Positions 13,043 through 25,526 are shown, counted from the first letter of the stretch. The stretch is DNA of 64,000 bases from Lytechinus pictus (GCF_037042905.1 NC_087263.1:11720001-11784000), one strand, 5' to 3'. Translations and numbers: made by a program. Notes: a model not told the origin generated them from the sequence alone.

Positions 13043-14260
13043 TTATAACCATGTAGTGTCAGGTGATATCCTTGATTATTTTTGATGACATGCACCTCGA
13101 ACTAATGCTATGTTTCCATAACCAATTTTTCTCCCTTTAATGTAGAACTCTCATCAGAGACTTTGTATCGCATTTTGTTTTTCGTTCATAACTCCCATAA
13201 AAATGAGCAATGATATTATAGTAATTACGCTAATAATAATAATAAAATAGACAATCAATAATGGCAATAGATGATTAAAATGAAATAGTATGATATATGA
13301 TAAACAATGAATAGATATATGACATAAAAATAAAACTTATAATAATGAATACAAGTTGAATAAATATATGAAAAACAAATAAATTAATAAACAACTAAAA
13401 TAGGATTAACTAATAATAAACATATTATTATTCATACTCATTTCATTTTTTTAGAAACCACTAAGACTATACTTTGATCACGGGACTGCGATCATATTGT
13501 TTCAACAGGAGATGGCAATTTTTTTACATTTGTACGTACGAGGATGTATGTAAAGTTAGAGGGGTGCATGTGTGGGTGTGCGTGTGTGTTTCTGTGTGTG
13601 TGTGGCAGAGAGGGTGGGGAGAGAGTGGGATGGCACGTGTGGATGTGTGGATGTTTGATATACGGTATATCCCCTTCTATAACAGTACAACTCGTTCTTA
13701 TTACTCCAATCACACTTTATGCATTTGTTTTGGGGGTGAGGGTGAGTGGGTGTGTGTTACGTTCTATATCATTGGATATTCAGCTCAAACGTATGCACAT
13801 TAGACAAATCTTGTGTGCAGAAGGGATCACCATACCCTTGTCAAAGGACATGTTATCTAGATATATGCATACTATTTACGCTCTTCCTCTTTTCTTTATA
13901 CAAACTGCTCCTAATCTAAATAATCAAACAGCCGGGAGACACTTAATTGCTGCTTTCCTATACACTTTGATAGATGTATCCTCCCGCTCCCATTGATGCG
14001 GAGTGGTGAAACTTTATAAACAAACCAAGGGGTCCATTCCAAAAGGCAATATATCAATTCCAACCATTTCTGAGTAAATCATCATATTTTCTCAAAGTCT
14101 CCCGCGACCTTTCTTTTTCGTATAATGTATTGCATTTCGATCATTTTCAGCAAGTCTTTATACGAGTTGATATTAAAAACATTATATAATTTTGATATTG
14201 TTGGCCATTTCAGTTTGATTTTGTTTCTCTGTTAAACCTCCTTTATGATAAGGCATATAT

Positions 14261-14358
14261 ATGAGATGAGGTCAACTAAAAAAATGACGCAGGAAACCGT
14301 TCTTTATACCATTAAGAATGGTTTCCTGCGTCATCTTTTGAGTTGAGCTCATTTCATT
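14261..14358. repeat. ~100-bp imperfect palindrome
   Basis: ATGAGATGAGGTCAACT...ATGACGCAGGAAACC / GGTTTCCTGCGTCAT...AGTTGAGCTCATTTCAT. Confidence 0.85.
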
Positions 14359-14410
14359 ATGTTTCATACTAACACCTCAAGAGCGTTTGGTACATATATA
14401 TATCAGTATA

Positions 14411-14441
<31 letters not shown>

Positions 14442-14461
14442 GTATATATATATATTTATAT

Positions 14462-14684
14462 TGTAGTAACCTTCTTCTGTGCAAACATATTCCACAAATT
14501 TATTTGTACATAATGGCCACCTGTTTCTCTTGTACTTCAGATACCTGAAGAAGGCCCAATTATGCCCGAAAGCTTGTGATTAAACTCGATGAACTGAACC
14601 CCGGCTACGTCTCATTGCTTATTCTCGCTGTACTTATAGCATCCTCTCAAAGATACTCCAAAGCACCCTCTCATGCTCCTCACA

Positions 14685-14687
<3 letters not shown>
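14462..14687 (+). mobile_element. Putative Penelope-like pLTR remnant between (TA)n arrays, carrying a hammerhead-like motif
   Basis: CTGAAGA-AGGC-CCAATTAT-GCCC-GAAAGCTTG at 14545-14576, followed by ATTAAA. (TA)n-type arrays lie on both sides. Confidence 0.5.
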
Positions 14688-14738
<51 letters not shown>

Positions 14739-15579
14739 GGAGCAATGCCGCAGCATTACACTTGAGGCCGAATCGTGACCTATTGGTTTGCAATGTTTAA
14801 AGTCACTTATAGCAATATGTAGAACATCTCCTCCATTATAACAATTCCTTACACCAGATGTCTATCGCGCTCCCACACCAAACTCGAATGATCATTAGAG
14901 AAAACATGAAAATGTAGTCCCTGTTCAATAAATAAATCTCCCAAATAGCCTTAAAACAATTGATGCAGAAAGCCAAATTCAAAACACCTTTTGATTAAGT
15001 CACTTGATCGAAATGAATCTGAATACAACAAGTGAACTCAGTAACACATTTTTGCGTTTCTTTACATTCTGAAGCGCATAGAAATATATTTGTATTATGT
15101 GATATATATGGCTATATAAGACCCCCATTATTATCACTATCTTTATGATCGTTGCTATCATTACCACCACTACCACCATCATCATCAACATTACGAAATG
15201 AGAAAGTGTGTCGCTATGTGTTTACTCATCTAAAGCCCACCTGTGCGATGCCTGGTGAGGCAAGCGGATACTGTGCAATGCTCTATGACTTTCTATGTGT
15301 CTTACAACCGATATTGTTGCTTAAAATTTCATCAATGCGGTTGATCAATTTTCTCAATAATTAAAACGTGTCTCTTATTCCTGGAGTTTACCTGCCCTTT
15401 GATATCATTCAAGAACTGAGCTGATTTCAATTTATAAAGTAAGGATTGAAATTCTAATTAATCCTAAACCTGTCAAAATATGATAATTATTGTTTTCAAA
15501 GGGCATACGAACCTGTAGCCTTGATAGCTGACAGGGTTTAGACTACTCATAATGCGACATTCCGAGCAGTCTAGTCTTT

Positions 15580-15892
15580 GGCCCGTATTATGAAGTCGGG
15601 TTTAACTTAAACTCAGGTTTAAAGTTGTGGTTTAAGTATGGATAGCCAATTGTTACATAAATCACTAACAGTAGAGATGTCATATTTCAGCTCACTTGGC
15701 TCTCAAATAATTCATAATTGTCTAGGAAGTTTAAATAGATGATTGTCTTCACCATCGATGAATCAGGAAAGAGCGCAATAAACATAAAAAAAACATACAA
15801 CTTACTAAAAATTTTGACACTTTTGGCTTTCCATTATTTTAGCCCAGAGTTAGACCATGGTCTAAGTTAAACCTGACTTCAGATTACGGGCC
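15580..15892. mobile_element. PIF/Harbinger-like MITE
   Basis: TIRs GGCCCGTATTATGAAGTCGGGTTTAACTTA / TAAGTTAAACCTGACTTCAGATTACGGGCC. Flanks TTT and TTA. Confidence 0.8.
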
Positions 15893-17781
15893 TTAGTGTA
15901 GTGATACAGACCTACAATAATTCCGCACTCAACACAATTACATCACAATCATTATGTTACCACAGAGCAAAACATATACCTTTCCCCTCGAAAACATTCT
16001 ATTTTCTCTCACAAAAGAAATTATAAGCTGATTCCCCATGTGCATTATCTTAAGACAAACCATTTATATTCAACACACAATCAATGAGAGATGTCCAACG
16101 GACCAACGCACAGTGCCCATGGTGTTTGTCAGTTCGCTGCCCTATTAAGAAATCCTAATAGCGTTTTAACCTCCTTCATTTGTTGGATTACCTCTCACAT
16201 CAACTTCATTATTTTCTCAAAGCTCACCTTAGCTTTTCAGCTTGAAGAAACACTTTTTTTCAGAAATGGGTTGGTTGCCTTTCGCAAGAGAAGACCTCAA
16301 AATAGACCTTGATTTGTCGGCTACGTTGAATTTCATTTCCGCCCTATTCATAACCCACCTACACCCTAAGGTTATACTACAGACAATGAAGAGAAGCCGA
16401 ATGCCTAATTGAAAATCGCTTCTAGCCTTTCGGTGGTGGTAACGAAAAAATAACCCATGCCAACGAACCTGCTCTACTTCATTTCAGATTTACCCCAAAT
16501 GTTGGTATTGTTATTATTTATTCGCATGTGAGAGGAAGTGCTGGAAACATTCTCAATACGCATTTCATTTCAATGTTTTTTCCTTTTATCGGAATGTATC
16601 GGAATGACCGAGGAGGTACTTAAAACATGGATAATACCCGATTGTGGACTAACATCAAAATTTGTTAAAAGGGGTTTCGTTTAGATAACAATGTCATGGA
16701 CCCATCTTATCTCTGTTTTTATTCGATCAACAAAGATATGGCAGAAGCAAGAAAACCTTTCTTAACGACTCATTTTAGTGCAAAAAAAATATTGATGAGA
16801 GGAAGGAGTTTGTAATGCAAATTCATTTTTTCACTATATCTTATATGTGGTATTAGTCCAAATTGCCAAAATCTCGAAATGATTTCTTTGCTTGGACTTT
16901 ACAAAATCATGTGACATGGCTTACATGTATAAATTATTTTACAGCGATCATCTTATTCACTCAAGTTACAACATCAAACATTTATCCTCACCTAATATTT
17001 TGAATAGGGTTTCCTGTCAAGCGGATGATAGCGAGTTCTGACGATTTGACAGGGACAGATTCTACAAAATAGAAAATCTATTGAAACTGACCGTCAAGTC
17101 ACAATAAACAGCTGGAGAGGTCTTTTGTGAACCGGACAACTGATCGTCGTAAGCATGATAAGATTCTAAGCTGACGAAATTTGCAAATATGTCGTTTGTC
17201 CAGAGCCCAGGCCGAAGCTGCAGTCTTGATTTCCGACAAAGACTCCGTTGTCGCGAAAGACTCTTGACAATTGGTTTTCTTTGTTGTAGAATCAGTACTC
17301 GTCGCAAATGCGAAAACTCTCTATTCATGCTCATCTTCTCAAACAATGTTTACAGCATAAAAGGCATTATTCATGTAATATCCAGGGACGTGTAAGTTGC
17401 ATAACAATCTAGCGGAGTGGTGTAGTCTTTCATTCCCGGAGGCGATTGCTCTTCCATTCTTTCATTTTCCAAATGAGTGTTGTGTGGAAGTTAATATGCG
17501 ATAAACCCTCTTGATAGAAGGGGAGTTTTGGGAAGAGGAAGAATTTGCCGAGGCTCATAATTTACCAAGAGCTTGTATCACACATGGAGACCGATATTCA
17601 GTCCAATTCGTAATATGCATAATAATGGTCAATATTCAATTTATGGTAGTGGACCGTACCACCGAACGCTTTTTATAGTATACAAAACACAATATTTTCA
17701 TAAAATTCATCAAGACTATGGAGATGTAAAAAAAAAGTTTTCAGAGATCAGGGTTTTTTTAACGATATAAGCTTCCGATGT

Positions 17782-18128
17782 GGGCGCGTCGTGATCTAGT
17801 GGTTCTGGCTCACATCTTTCAAACAGAGGGTCGTGGGTCCGAATCCTAGCCATGGCGTGTTTTCTGTCGGCAATAAATTTATCCACACTGTGCTGCACTC
17901 GACCGAGGCGAGGTGAATGGGTACCTGGCAGGATAAATTACTTAAATGCTTAAGCGCTAAAAAGGCCGCTAGAGCTAAAGCCGGGGTGATAATAATAATA
18001 GCAATGCGCCTCGGAATAGATTGTTTCTAGATACAAAAAATGCTTGTTAATATTACTATAATTACTATTACTATTATTACTATTAGTAGTAGTAGTATTA
18101 TTATCATCTTTATTATTATTATTATTTA
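17782..18128 (+). mobile_element. tRNA-derived SINE (SURF1-like) with (ATT/ACT)n tail
   Basis: A box (GTGATCTAGTGG), B-box-like GGTCCGAATCC, ATCCACACTGTGCTGCACTCGACCGAGG...AATGGGTACC core, AAGCCGGGGT motif and a tandem tail. Confidence 0.85.
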
Positions 18129-18478
18129 TCGCACCCTTATTTCTATGTAAAATATTTCGGTCACATTAAAATGGCATTGTATCACCGAACGTGTGGGAAA
18201 CACAAATTCCCTTTGAAAGGATGTTGCAAAGTTTCAAGATATGAAATTATTTGATGACAAGCATGGTGCGCGCATTCGTTAATACAATGCCGGTCGGTAA
18301 TACAATCACTCACTAAACACTTGAGTGTAGATGTTTCATTCGATAGTTTATTGAAAACTTGTTTACTTTGAGTAAATACAATCGTTCTTACATGTACCTA
18401 ACTCATAGTCACCAAATTTTTCATCTGGCCAACCCATGATACTATTCTGTCCAGAGATCAGTTTGGTCGCATGGTAGC

Positions 18479-18610
18479 GGGGTCCGCAACACAAAGATTA
18501 GCATTCATCTTAGAACATTTTTGGAACGATTGATTGCATTGACTACAACGTATAATTCATTGTGAAAATCAAACGTACAATTAATTGCTAATATTTGTGC
18601 CACGTGACCC
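18479..18610. mobile_element. Short degenerate MITE
   Basis: GGGGTCCGCAACACAAAGATTAGCA...TGCTAATATTTGTGCCACGTGACCC inverted ends. Confidence 0.55.
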
Positions 18611-19534
18611 ATATATGAGGTTCTCTTCCCATGTTTATCAAAATGCGTCGACCTCTTTACTCGTTCTTTGCCAAAGTTAGAATCAAATTCTTAGCTAGAT
18701 ATAGAATTAAGATAGTGGGGTCTTTTTTAAGTCTACATAGCCATTAAAAGATTATATCGCCCCCCCTCCCCCTTTGCATCCGCCATGAATTTAAAACAAA
18801 GTGTCATGATTGTGTACAGTGTGAAATTAGCGAAAAAGGGAACGGCTGAAAAGCCATTTACCTGGACATTGTTTAACGTGAAGCTATTAACACATTTTAA
18901 GTGGTTGCATTATCCGGGTCTTAATGGAATGTCACCAAAATGAGAGATGATAGATATTTTGAATCACATGTCAGGGGGAATTTTTTTAATGTGCTTGGGA
19001 TTCTTTTCATTAGAAGTACAATTTTTGTTTTGGTCACTTGATTCACTTACTGATACAATCCACAATATTATGTAAACCATTGTGGAATCAGTTTAGGTAC
19101 TCACATATAAACTTGCCTTCGTTTTTCATTTGCAAGCGACATTTTAAAACATGTATAACAGTTGTTGAGCAAGGATGACAACTATAATTTCGTCAATCAA
19201 TTTCGTGATGTGTCGGAAGAATGTTTATGATTAATAATTAAGTCAAAATAACCTCACACTCGCCCAACTTTAAACAACCGAGAAACAGTAAAGAAAAATA
19301 AGCTGAAATAATCTAAAGAATAAAGAATTTCATATTTCAATGTCTTTCCGTGTTTGTAGCTTCGTTAACAACAATAAATGAATGCTATGGATTTGAATGT
19401 AACCTTGTGAATATCATTATCCAACTTACCCATCCTGATTCAGTTTTCTAACATCAAATTATCTTGATCGTGTAACATGGTAAAATGAAAATGCTTCCTT
19501 TCCTTAAAACAAAGTTCAGAAAGACCACACAGAC

Positions 19535-22403
19535 GGTTCTAGGACAACTACCCCCTGGACAATCACCCCCCCCCCGGACAACTACCCCCCGGACAATTAC
19601 CCCCCGAGGACAATAACCCCCGGACAATTACCCCCCGAGGACAACTACCCCCCGAGGACAATTACCCCCCGGACAATTACCCCCCGGACAATTACCCCCC
19701 GGACAATTACCCCCGGACAACTACCCCCCGGACAACTACCCCCCGGACAACTACCCCCCGGACAATTACCCCCCAGACAATTACCTACAGAAAATCCCCC
19801 CTTCTCTCCAGCATCAATGTTAAAATTAAGCGGGACCCATTGTAAGTTTTGGTCGGTGGCACAGGTTTCCGAAATATTTTCTTCTTTATCTTACGTTAAT
19901 AACTTTTTCTTCTCTTTTATATTGCTCTTTCTCCTGTTCTCTCACTTTCTTATTTTTTCATTTTTTTGTTTTTGTTTAGCGGCGCCTTCTGCATCATGAA
20001 AAATGGGGGGGGGGGGGCTTGCACCCGAAGCCTCCCGTTTGGCTATGCATATATACATCAGAAAATTTGTAAACTGGCCCTCATTCTAAGTTTTCATAGA
20101 ACAATTGAACACGATTAGTCATGATAATCACAAATGCTGAATATCTCTGATTCCAACTGATCTGATTTTTTTTAATATTTATTTTGGGTTTAATTTCAGG
20201 TAAGAAATCAGGCAAATATATAAAATGTAAAAAAGACACCTTTATAGGTAGAAATATTGAAAGTCGATAACGTAACTATCAATACTAACACTGTCAATTA
20301 GACCTATAAATCTTTTATTTTACAACAGTTCAACTAACAAGACGCTAAGAATTATGAAACAATTGGTGCACATTCCAGATTAAGATGTGGCTTTATAACT
20401 TAATACAGTAAGCTAAAGAACTTTATGCAAAGATAATACACACAAGAACACCTTGTAAATTACAAGGTGTTTTTGTGTGTATTATTCTTGGGTGAAAGTA
20501 ATTAAACATTAAAGTAGGTAATTAAGTACCAAATTTACTAAATAGTAAACAATATGACATAATCAAATACAGTGTTTTTTATATACAAATTGGCAATCAT
20601 GATAGTGTACAATTCGTTTAAGGTGCATTTTAAGGACGGTTTGTAAGAATTTATAAAGAAGTAGGCCTATGAAAAAATTAAATAATGCGACCGAGCACCG
20701 TGAGCTGAAAATATTAATATTTAGACCATAAAACGGACATTTTACAGAGCACTTGAAAAATCAATTTGTAAATTTAAAAATAATTACAGCTCGATATCCG
20801 AGATGAAATATGTTTTGTATATTGACTTCGAAACTTGATATTCTAAGCTCCATATCAGCCTATATTGAGCAAGATATTAATCTCATTGAAAAGGCAATGC
20901 GGGCGCGAAGCGCAAGCGGAAAATACTTGATATTCCGGTATGAAAATGGTGAATTTGAGCACTATCTAAAGCATTGTGTATGGTGATTGTGAAGTGGATG
21001 TGGAAAGCACTTAATAAATGATTCGAGTGTGAAGCGCGAGCTGATATCTTCATTATTATTTTGACCTAGGACCTGGACATTCTAGGTCTAAGGACATTTT
21101 GTCATCATATGAAAATGATGACAACTTTCTTATTCCTCTTCCTGAGCGCGATATGAAACATATGAAACTGTGAAATTGTCGATATTCTTTTCTGAAAAGG
21201 AACAATTTAGTCATTAAGAATTCATGAAAATTTTATTATCATATTTATTAATGTAATAAGCCTGAATGAGTGAGTAAAATGTGTTGACACTGAGGCCTGA
21301 AAACTTGATATTTTAAGCACTTTTGTAATCATGAATAGGATTCGTGAGTTGATATATTTTTAACAAAAATGCGAGCGCAAATCGTGAGACGAAATTTTTG
21401 GTAAACTGTCATAAAAGGGGGGTTTTAAGTAGTTTGTTATATAATTTGGCAAATCAAATAATGCGAGCGCATAGCGCAAGCTGCAAGTTATATTCACACC
21501 ATAAAACAGACATTTAACGGAGCACTTAAAAATCACTTTGTAAATCAAACAAAATTATGAATAATGTCCGAGCTGAAATATGCTTTGTAATATCGACTTC
21601 AAAACTTGACATTTTAAGCTACATATCAGCCTATTTAGCAAGATGTGTATCTCATCGAACAGGCTATGCGAGCGCGAAGCGCGAGCGAAAAAAATTAATA
21701 TAGTGACATGAAATATATTTTTTTATCATTTTCCAAGTCATCCCCTGACCTTTTTTTTGCACTCGTCTCCCTCCTCTTATTTTTCTTTTTTTCTTTCTTT
21801 CCCCCTTTTTTTCTTCATTTTTTTGCTCTGCCGATAGGGGGGGGGCGGGCCCCTCGGCCCCCCCCCCTGGATCCGCCTATGGATGGAGCTCAATTTTACA
21901 GCTTTCTTACGGCGTACGTTTGATTCCAAGATACTCGAGAATGCCTTGAGTACTTCTTACGTCAAACGTACGGCCGACGTATGACTCTGTGCACCCCTTT
22001 GTCTAGGGGGTAATTGTCCGGGGGGGTAGTTGTCCGGGGGTAGTTGTCCGGGGGGGTAGTTGTCCGGGGGGTAGTTGTCCGGGGGGGGTAATTGTCCGGG
22101 GGTAGTTGTCCGGGGGGTAATTGTCCGGGGGGTAATTGTCCGGGGGGTAATTGTCCGGGGGGTAATTGTCCTCGGGGGGTAGTTGTCCTCGGGGGGTAGT
22201 TGTCCTCAGGGGGTAATTGTCCGGGGGGTTATTGTCCGGGGGGTAATTGTCCTCGGGGGGTAATTGTCCGGGGGGTAATTGTCCGGGGGGTAATTGTCCG
22301 GGGGGTAATTGTCCTCGGGGGGTAGTTGTCCTCGGGGAGTAGTTGTCCTAGGGGGTAATTGTCCGGGGGGGGTGATTGTCCAGGGGGTAGTTTTCCTGAT
22401 ACC
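19535..22403. mobile_element. Foldback (TU-like / Mutator-like) non-autonomous element with 15-17-bp tandem-repeat arms and 9-bp TSD
   Basis: Left arm 19535-~19790 is (GGACAAYTACCCCCC)n and right arm ~22003-22403 is its reverse complement. Termini GG...CC. Flanking direct repeat CACACAGAC (19526-19534) / CACACGGAC (22404-22412). No transposase ORF. Confidence 0.85.
20680..21881. repeat. Degenerate satellite-like repeat with recurring GCGAGCGCGAAGCGCGAGC motif, ending in a hAT-like TIR (CCCTGGATCCGCCTATG)
   Basis: Motif variants at ~20899, 21024, 21370, 21463 and 21668. Block ~20700-20920 is duplicated at ~21478-21690. The same family occurs at 38826-40078. Confidence 0.75.
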
Positions 22404-23879
22404 CACACGGACATGTCAAAATAGCAAAGTTGGAAATGAGGAGATTAGGAATCCTTTATACAAAGTTATTTCATTAAAACATTTGGATACATAAAAGAGC
22501 GAGATAGATACGGTTGGGTGGAATAGACAATCGAAGCGTTATATTTGAAAGAATATGCTCTCTTGAAACGCATGGCTTAGCTGGAAATATAATGATAGAG
22601 AGCAACTAACTACCAACATGATATCAATAAATCAGTCTTCTGAAACGTATTTATTAACGCCGGCACCTGCACGCTTCAAATCGTATACTGCCAATAATGG
22701 GGATTGAATTCATATATTTATATTAAGCCTATTTGTTTGTCTTGCTTGACTTCGTGTAATTATAAAAATATCAATTGCAAAATGAAACACAGCGATGGTA
22801 TACAAAATCACCCGTCCATGATATCAGTAAAAGGTGGAGTGAGCATCCATCAATATTTCATATTACAATTATAATCATCTTCCAAAACGTTTTATGCCAT
22901 TGAAATTATTAATTTCATCCTAGTACCTTAACATTTTACCATCCGAGTTATCAGGTAATGAAACGGGATGGCTTAAAATGCTATTGCTTTTCGTGTAGCC
23001 GGAGGTAATAACATTTTGAAAATCGTGTACACTGTATGTCGTCAGCTTTGACCGTAACAAGCGATCTGCTCTTTGGTAGCGATTTGGAGACGAATGTTTA
23101 CAATTAAACCTTCCCCATCAAGGTAATGGGTAGCACGAAACTATTACTATTGTTATTTTTGTCATGACAACATTGCTCTTTAATATTTTTATAATTATAT
23201 TGTTTGATATCTACTCAAGATATGAACATATTTATCACCTTTAAGATTATGTTCGTTTTTATTGAAATGGAAATATGGGCCCTGTTGTAGAATGAAATGA
23301 AATAACAGCCAGGGCTGTGCGCAGATTTTTTTCTTTCACAGGTGAGGGGGGTGCTAGACTCGTAAAAGGTTTCCAAGAAACCCGAAAGCTAAGGAGCGAA
23401 GCGACCGAGCTTGTCAAGGGGCGCTCTTGTGACGTAATCTGAACTTTGTACAATCGCAAAATCTAAGCTGAAAAACAATTACACTGAAGCTCGCCAACAC
23501 AGATAGGCACGTTTGACAGTGTATCCTTATTAGTTAAGAGCTATATAAAAAAAAACGACAACTTGATGATACACAATGCTTATATTGCTAATTACTCAGG
23601 AATTACACGATTTATTCTTGGATTAATCTGTTGTTTATACGTATTAAATTTGGCTGGTTACTTTATTAATTTCTGTCCGAGCTCATTTTGATATCGTCAC
23701 CACAAATGCCATTTGTCTTTAATAACACTGTTCAAATAAGGTTGGCTGTTGACATTGTTGAACAAAACATATCACTACACTTGCATCGATGCAGTAAATC
23801 ACATTGGTGCCCATGTACGTGTACTCTCTTCCCAAGAAACTGCGAGGACTGGAATAACCTCCATTATGATTGAACCCAC

Positions 23880-24120
23880 GACACAGCCGGTCCATGCCCC
23901 TCCCCCTTTGAGAAGCAAAATTAAAATTTGTAATGTAAAAATGCCGTAGAAACTGAAGTGTGCCCCCTTTTTGAAAGTAAAAACCTTTTTTTTGCATATT
24001 AAATGTTTTCTGGGACGAAAATTCAAATTTTTTTTGTTAAAACCTTTTTTTTTTGCTTGTCAAATTTTCCTTGGAAAAATGTGCCCCCCCCCCCCTTTGG
24101 AAATCCTGGATCCACCACTG
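23880..24120 (+). mobile_element. 5'-truncated G/C-tract hAT-like MITE, same family as 27396-27631
   Basis: Shared CACAGCCGG.CC.TGCCCC, AATTAAAAT.TGT.ATGTAAAA.TGCCGT and TGCTTGTC motifs, and terminal AAATCCTGGATCCRCCMCT. Confidence 0.7.
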
Positions 24121-24141
24121 ATTCAACCTATTACTCTGTTT

Positions 24142-24470
24142 GGAGGAGTCGTGGTAGAGTGGTTCTGGCTCTTGCCTCTTGTCAGGCGTCCTTTGGCAAG
24201 GCGTTAATTCACACTTTGCCAATCTCGACCCAGGTGCTAAATGGGTACCCGGTAGGATGTGAAAGTCATTGTAATGTAGCTTGTCCAATACTGTGTGCGC
24301 CTCACAGGCGACTGACTGGCATACTCCCCAGAGAGTGGAGGATGTGCATACATTGTGTGCGGAAATGACCGATTGAATCCGATGACCGGGGTAATAGTAT
24401 ATGTGTAAAGCGCTTAGACACGTCGTTCCGACGTATTAAGAGCTATATAAAAGCGGAATATTAAGCGGAA
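24142..24470 (+). mobile_element. tRNA-derived SINE with apparent TSD; B box deleted
   Basis: A-box head GGAGGAGTCGTGGTAGAGTGG, core GCGTCCTTTGGCAAGGCG...CCCAGGTGCTAAATGGGTACC, 3' AAAGCGCTTAG...GCTATATAAA. Flanks TATTACTCTGTTT / TATTACTCTCTGTTT. Confidence 0.85.
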
Positions 24471-24799
24471 TATTACTCTCTGTTTATGTATTCAAGGCCT
24501 TCTTGAGTGAGATGCTGGGGGGGGGGTCAGCAAAATTGTCACACCTGACTAAATTGTCAACACTGGCAGTAACCATGGTAACAGTCAGTCAATCAATTGT
24601 CGGGGCTGACGAATTAGTCAGTGCTCACAACTTTCATAAACCACTCTCCAGATGTTAACACCACTAAACAATAATTTACTGACGTACACCTGCACCAACG
24701 CTACAAGAACAAAACTTTATATGAAATCGCATTAGGTGAAAGTTTTCACACATTTGTATACGCATCCATCTACAGCATCTAGAAGCCATACTCACAATG

Positions 24800-25002
24800 G
24801 AAAAATAAGGAGAGAACGGAGAAGGAGAAACAGATGATGATGATGATGAAGAAGAAGAACAACAAGAGCAAGAAGAAGAGAAAGAAGGAGAATAATAATA
24901 AGAAGAAGAAGACCAAGAACAAGTAGAATAAGAAGAAGAAGGAGAAGAAGTAGAAGAAGAAGGAAAAGAATAAGAGAAAGAAGGCGACGGAAAAGAATGA
25001 GA
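24800..25002. repeat. (GAA/GGA/GAT)n low-complexity tract
   Basis: Visible purine-rich trinucleotide repeats. Confidence 0.9.
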
Positions 25003-25399
25003 AGGCACTATAGAACTAAGCTTCCAGTGATCCATGTGAATTACCTGGATGTGAGCACCCAAATGGGATGCCCAAAATTTGTTTTTACACCCTCACAAAG
25101 AGTTAAAAAAATAAATCCATAATAATATCATCTTAATATTCTTAATAACATGTTTTAAGTGTTTGTTGTTTTATTGTCGTATTGGCACTAACATTGCTTT
25201 TTCAAATATAATATATTATCTTTAGTAGACGTGTGATGAAAATATAAATCAATAGCTTTTTTTATAGGAATCATATGCAAAGAGTTGGTTAATATATTGA
25301 ATAGTAATAAATACTTCACGGGGAATGCATAAAGAGGTTTGTGATTAAATGTACCGCCACTCTTATTACCCCATTTGTGTTGTTCGTGATTTCATATTC

Positions 25400-25430
25400 T
25401 TTATGTGTTTTTTTTTCTTTCGATTTACAG
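25400..25430 (+). promoter_or_regulatory. 3' splice acceptor preceding the GPCR coding exon
   Basis: Polypyrimidine tract TTTTTTTTTCTTTCGATTTACAG ending at 25430, 96 nt upstream of the ATG. Confidence 0.7.
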
Positions 25431-25526
25431 GTACCATCTTCCGACATGGACTTATTGCATTGGGGTTGTATGCTGCTTTGACATTAGCCGTAGAAGTCAT
25501 CCATATCCAAGCGTATTTGCAAAGGC

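Noticed and set aside
13474..13996. Overlapping 109-150 aa ORFs
   Set aside because: They derive from GT-rich low-complexity sequence and show no recognisable domain.
17782..17855. tRNA gene (also 8611-8685, ~8170-8235 and ~43800-43870)
   Set aside because: No intact cloverleaf. The heads are degenerate or continue into SINE bodies.
19540..19790. Regularly repeated units as a CRISPR array
   Set aside because: These are contiguous tandem units with no unique spacers and no cas genes, in a eukaryotic context. They are the foldback arm.
22206..22494. ORFs with PPDNY/PRTIT repeats
   Set aside because: Translations of the 15-bp minisatellite.
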